Below, piece by piece: positions 7,259 through 11,508 of a stretch of 11,508 bases of DNA (within the stretch, counting starts at the first letter, position 1; each line of letters begins with the position of its first letter). The translations under genes and the position numbers were made by a program. Origin of the DNA: Paraspadella gotoi (Eukaryota > Animalia > Chaetognatha); assembly GCA_051294375.1 (NCBI GenBank), contig JBJCIZ010001532.1, positions 1 through 11,508 on the forward strand, written 5' to 3'. The notes under the pieces were generated by a model. The model was given only the letters and a program-made list of their open reading frames with translations, did not search any database and was not told where the DNA came from.

Positions 7259-9748
7259 TTTAGGAGTAATGATATTTAAAAAAGGATGATATTTAAAAGT
7301 AAAAACACGGATGAGAGTATTTGGAGAAATGAAATTTAAAAAAAAAGGATATATTTAAAAGAACCGATTTAGGACTATATTGATATTTAAAAAGTGATGA
7401 TAGTTAAAAGTAAAACACTAGATATATATTTGGGAAAAATGATATTTAATAAGGAAAACCGATTAGGTGTTACTGATATTTAAAAAAATGATGATATTTA
7501 AAAGTAAATTGAATATTTAAAAAGATGATATTTAAAGGAAACCGATTTATGAGTTGATGATATTTAAAAAGGATGATAGTTAAAAAGTAAAAAACCGATG
7601 ATAGTTATTTGGAAAATGATATTTAAAAGGAAACCGATTAGTAGTTACTGATAATTTAAAAAAATGAAGATATTTAAAAAGTAAAAAACATCGGATGATA
7701 AGTTATTTGGAGAATGATATTTAAAAAGGAAAACGCGATTTATTAGTTGATGATATTAAAAAATGATGATATTTAAAATAAAACACGGATGATAGTTATT
7801 TGGAGAAAATGATATTTAAAAAAAAGATGATATTAAAAGGAAACCGATTTAGGAGTTGATAATATATTTAAAAGTGATGATAGTTTAAAAGTGAAAACAC
7901 TGATGATAGTTATTTGGAGAAATGATATTTTAAAAGAAAACCGATTTATTATTTGATGGATATTTAAAAAATGATGATATTTAAAGGAAAAACCGGATGA
8001 TAGTTATTTGTAGAAATGATATTTAAAAAAAAAAATGATATTTTAAAAGGAAACGATTAGGAGTTGAGTATATGATAGTTAAAAGTTAAAACACGGATGA
8101 ATTTTTAAATATTAGATCAATTTAAAAGGAACCATTTAGGAGTTACTGATATTTAAAAAATGATGATATTAAAAGTAAAATGATTTTAAAAGATGATATT
8201 TAAAAGGAAACCCGATATTGATAAGTTGATGATATTTAAAAAGGATGATAGTTAAAAGTAAAAACCGATGAATAGTTATTCGAAAAATGATATTTAAAAG
8301 GAAACCGATTTAGTAGTTACTGATATTTAAAAAATGATGATTAATTTAATATAAAACAGGGATGATATAGTTATTTTGGGAAATGAATCTTTACAAAACC
8401 AAATTTAAAAAGGAAACCGATTTATTAGTTGATGATATTTAAAAAATGATGATAGTTAAAAGTAAAAAAACCGATGATTAGTTATTTGGAAAAAATGATT
8501 ATTTAAAAGGAAACCGATTTAGGAGTTACTGATATTAAAAAATGATGATATTTAAAAAGTAAAACACAGATGATAGTTATTGGAAAAATGATATTTTAAA
8601 AGGAAACCGATTTAGGATTACTGATATTTAAAAAATGATGATATTTAAAAGTAAAGTGTTAATTAAAAAAAAAAAGATATTTAAAAGGAAACCGATTTAG
8701 GAGTTGATGATATTTTAAAAAAGAATGATAGTTTAAAGTAAAAAAAACCCATGATAGATTATTGGAAAAATGATATTTAAAAAGGAAACCGATTTAGTAG
8801 TTACTGATATTTAAAAAATGATGATATTTAAAAGTAAACACGGATTGAATAGTTATTTGGAGAAATGTATAATAAAGGAACTGATTTAGGAGGTAATGAT
8901 ATTAAAAAGAGGATGATATTTAAAAAATAAACACGGATGAAGTTATTGGAGAAATGATATTTAAAAAAAAGGATGATATTATAAGCCACGATTTAGGAGT
9001 TATTAAAAATTATCAAAAAGTGGATGACAGTTAAAAGTTAAAACACTGATGATAGTTATTTGGAAGAAATGAATATTAAAAGAAAACCGGTTTATTAGTT
9101 GATGAATATTTAAAAAAATATGATGAATTTAAAAGTAAAACACGGATGATAAGTTATTTATAGAGTTTATAAGATGATATTTAAAGGAAACCGATTTAAG
9201 ATTGATGATAATTTAAAAAGTGATGATAGTTAAAAAAGTAAAACACTGAATGATAGTTATTTGGAAAAAATGATATTTAAAAGGAAACTGAATTTAGGAG
9301 TTACTGATATTTAAAAAATGATGAATATTTAAAAGTAAAAATGATATTTAAAAAAAAGATGATTATTTAAAAGGAAAACCGAGTTAGGAGTTGATGAATA
9401 TTAAAAAAGGATGATAGTTTAAAAGTAAAAAACCGATGATAAGTTATTTGGAAAAAGATATTTAAAGGAACCCGGATTTTAGGAGTTACTGAATATTTAA
9501 AATAAATGAATGATATTTAAAGTAAAGTGTTATTTAAAAAAAGATGAATTTAAAAGGAAAACCGATTTAAGAGTTGATGATATTTAAAAATCATGAATAG
9601 TTAAAAGTACACTGATGGATAGTTATTTGAAGAATGATATTTAAAAGGAAACTGATTTAGGAGTTACTGTATTTAAAAAATGATGATATTTAAAGTAAAA
9701 TATATTTAAAAAAAGATGATAAAGGAATTAGGAGTTGATGATATTTAA
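7259..9748 (+). repeat. satellite tandem array, right part (~26 monomers of ~80, ~93 and ~110 bp types)
   Basis: Anchor aaaccgattt recurs at e.g. 7841, 7938, 8302, 8511, 8604, 8689, 8786, 9188; same orientation and phase as the left part. Confidence 0.97.
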
Positions 9749-9830
9749 GAAGTTTGAGCAAACAATGTCGATCTGCCTACGATAAATTATCATAATTTAA
9801 TTGATTAATTAATTAATTAAAATTATAGAC
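9749..9830 (-). mobile_element. dispersed repeat family R2, copy 2, abutting the satellite end
   Basis: aagtttgagcaaacaatg tcgatctgcc ... taattgattaattaatt versus the reverse complement of 6420-6505: aagtttgagcaaacaatg ggcgttctgcc ... taatgattaattaatt. Confidence 0.55.
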
Positions 9831-10282
9831 TTAAATTATATTAATTAATCAGATTAATTAATTAATTAATTAATAGAATTAATTATAATTTATATTCAGC
9901 TGTCATCAATCGAATTTAGTCAGGACAGTTTAATTAAATGTTTTTATTCAATTTTAAAAATCCCCAACAAACATATCCTCTATTATCGAGCCAGGCGTGC
10001 AAAGCCCGTCGCTGTCTCGATTTTTTTTGTTCGGTTTAGCTTTCGTCCGGCTTTTTGCAATCATGGCTTCTGGAAAGTGTGATATCATAGGGAGTTGAAT
10101 TTTCCATATATGGGCTTCTAATCACAAGATCTTAAAATTCTCATGTTCCAATATCAATATTATTATTTGTTTATGTTTGTATTTACAAAACAAAAACGTT
10201 TTAATTATATGTCGCTCCAGAGTCTCTCCTTTCCTCCGTCACTAAGAGGCTTCTTCTAAAAACGATTCCGGCTCGCAGCGTC

Positions 10283-10876
10283 TGTCCAGCTTCTTTCTCT
10301 CTCTCTCCTCCTCTCTCTACTACTCTTTTTTTTTTTACAAAAATTTTTTAAGATATAAATGTGGGTTCACTAATGTAAAAACGATGCCACGAACAGGGCG
10401 CGAAGAAGATCAATTTGAGATTAGAGAATAGCTAGCTCACTAGATGATAGTACTGCTGATTCTTTAACGAGTAAAGGGCTGTAGAGCTTCTCTCTCTCTC
10501 ATTCTTTTAAAATATTATATATGTTCTTTCTCTTTCTTCTTTTTTCTCTGCAGCGGCTGTCTCTCTCTTCTCCTCTTTTTCTCCTCTCTCCTCTCTTGTC
10601 TCTCTGTCTCTCTGTGTGTTTGTCTCCCTATCTGTCCGATATATGCGTGATCTTTGTTTTTTTTTGAAAAATTCTGATTATTTTTTCCCTTCTAAAAACT
10701 TTTTATTATTGCCATTTATTCCGCTTTTTCACACCCATTCCGTAGAGAGAGAAGATTTATTCTCTATATCTTTCTCTCTCTCTCTCCTCTTCTCTCTCTC
10801 TGTCTCTTTCCTTTCCTCTCATCTCTTCTTTCTCTCTCCATATACTCTCTCTCTTCTCTCTCTTCTCTCTCTCTCT
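10283..10876. repeat. cluster of degenerate (CT)n tracts (~10283-10318, 10488-10612, 10760-10876)
   Basis: Direct reading; explains the Ser/Leu-rich ORF 10616..10945. Confidence 0.85.
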
Positions 10877-10919
10877 ACATATATCTCTTTCCACTCATAC
10901 ACTCATTTGTTTGTTTTAT

Positions 10920-11130
10920 TGACTATCATCGCATCAATGAATTGACAATCATCGCATCAAATGAATGACAATCATCGCTCACTGAAGACTATCATCACGA
11001 AGCAGTGAATGACTATCATCAGCATCAATAATTGAATTATCATCGAATCAATAATCAATTCCTATTACATCAATAATTCACTATTAAACATCAATCATTA
11101 GTATTACCTCTATATAATACATCAACAATT
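10920..11130 (+). repeat. ~23 bp minisatellite, ~6 clear copies decaying rightwards
   Basis: tgactatcatcgcatcaatgaat / tgacaatcatcgcatcaaatgaa / tgacaatcatcgctcactgaa / gactatcatcacgaagcagtgaa / tgactatcatcagcatcaataat / tgaattatcatcgaatcaataat, then acatcaataatt-type remnants. Confidence 0.9.
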
Positions 11131-11232
11131 CGTTATCGATGATTCATTCGTTTTTTCCCGGTTTTTTTCATAATTTTTCTATGATAGTGGGCTCTTGGCT
11201 CGATCTGAGTCTTTTAAGATTTTTTATTTATG

Positions 11233-11330
11233 TCTCCTCTCTCTCTCCTCTCTCTCGACTATTCTCTTTCTCTCATCACTCTCCTCTCTATAATACATCA
11301 CCCTTTCTCTCTCTCTCTCTCTCTCTCTCT
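11233..11330. repeat. (CT)n-rich tract
   Basis: Direct reading. Confidence 0.85.
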
Positions 11331-11508
11331 TTTTATGCATAGCGACCGATCCCTTAAATCCTTTTATAAGATTTTTTAACTTGCATCAATTTTTTCAAAC
11401 ATAATGGGCATAATTTTTAACTTGCATTTCGTACAAAACTTTATAATCTAGCTTCTTTCACTCACTTTTCCCTACCGGCTCACAAAAATTTCATCTCAAT
11501 CTATCCTG

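Noticed and set aside
3474-9748. CRISPR-like regular repeats
   Set aside because: The sequence between anchors is itself repeated; there are no unique spacers and no cas genes. It is a satellite.
10524-10553. Strong-looking splice acceptor (polypyrimidine + ctgcag)
   Set aside because: It is followed by CT microsatellite rather than exon-like sequence; expected by chance in CT-rich DNA.

Overview
AT-rich, repeat-dominated DNA that looks eukaryotic (probably invertebrate; inference) and noisy, with many homopolymer indels suggesting an unpolished long read. No intact recognisable gene, RNA gene or CRISPR array was found. Main structure: one ~3.8 kb tandem array of a ~93 bp satellite monomer (~3474-9748) split by a ~2.5 kb non-autonomous hAT-type DNA transposon (4752-7258; CAGAG terminal inverted repeats, 8 bp target duplication TTTAGGAG). 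Left of the array is a GC-rich island (~2522-3307) whose minus strand, read through one stop and one frameshift, carries ordered motifs resembling a SAM-dependent amino-methyltransferase. That island is loosely bracketed by an imperfect inverted repeat and lies near a 19 bp hairpin. Also present are two small dispersed repeat families in inverted copies (one with Helentron/DINE-1-like ends), a 23 bp minisatellite and many CT/GA microsatellites. Most supplied ORFs are low-complexity artefacts.
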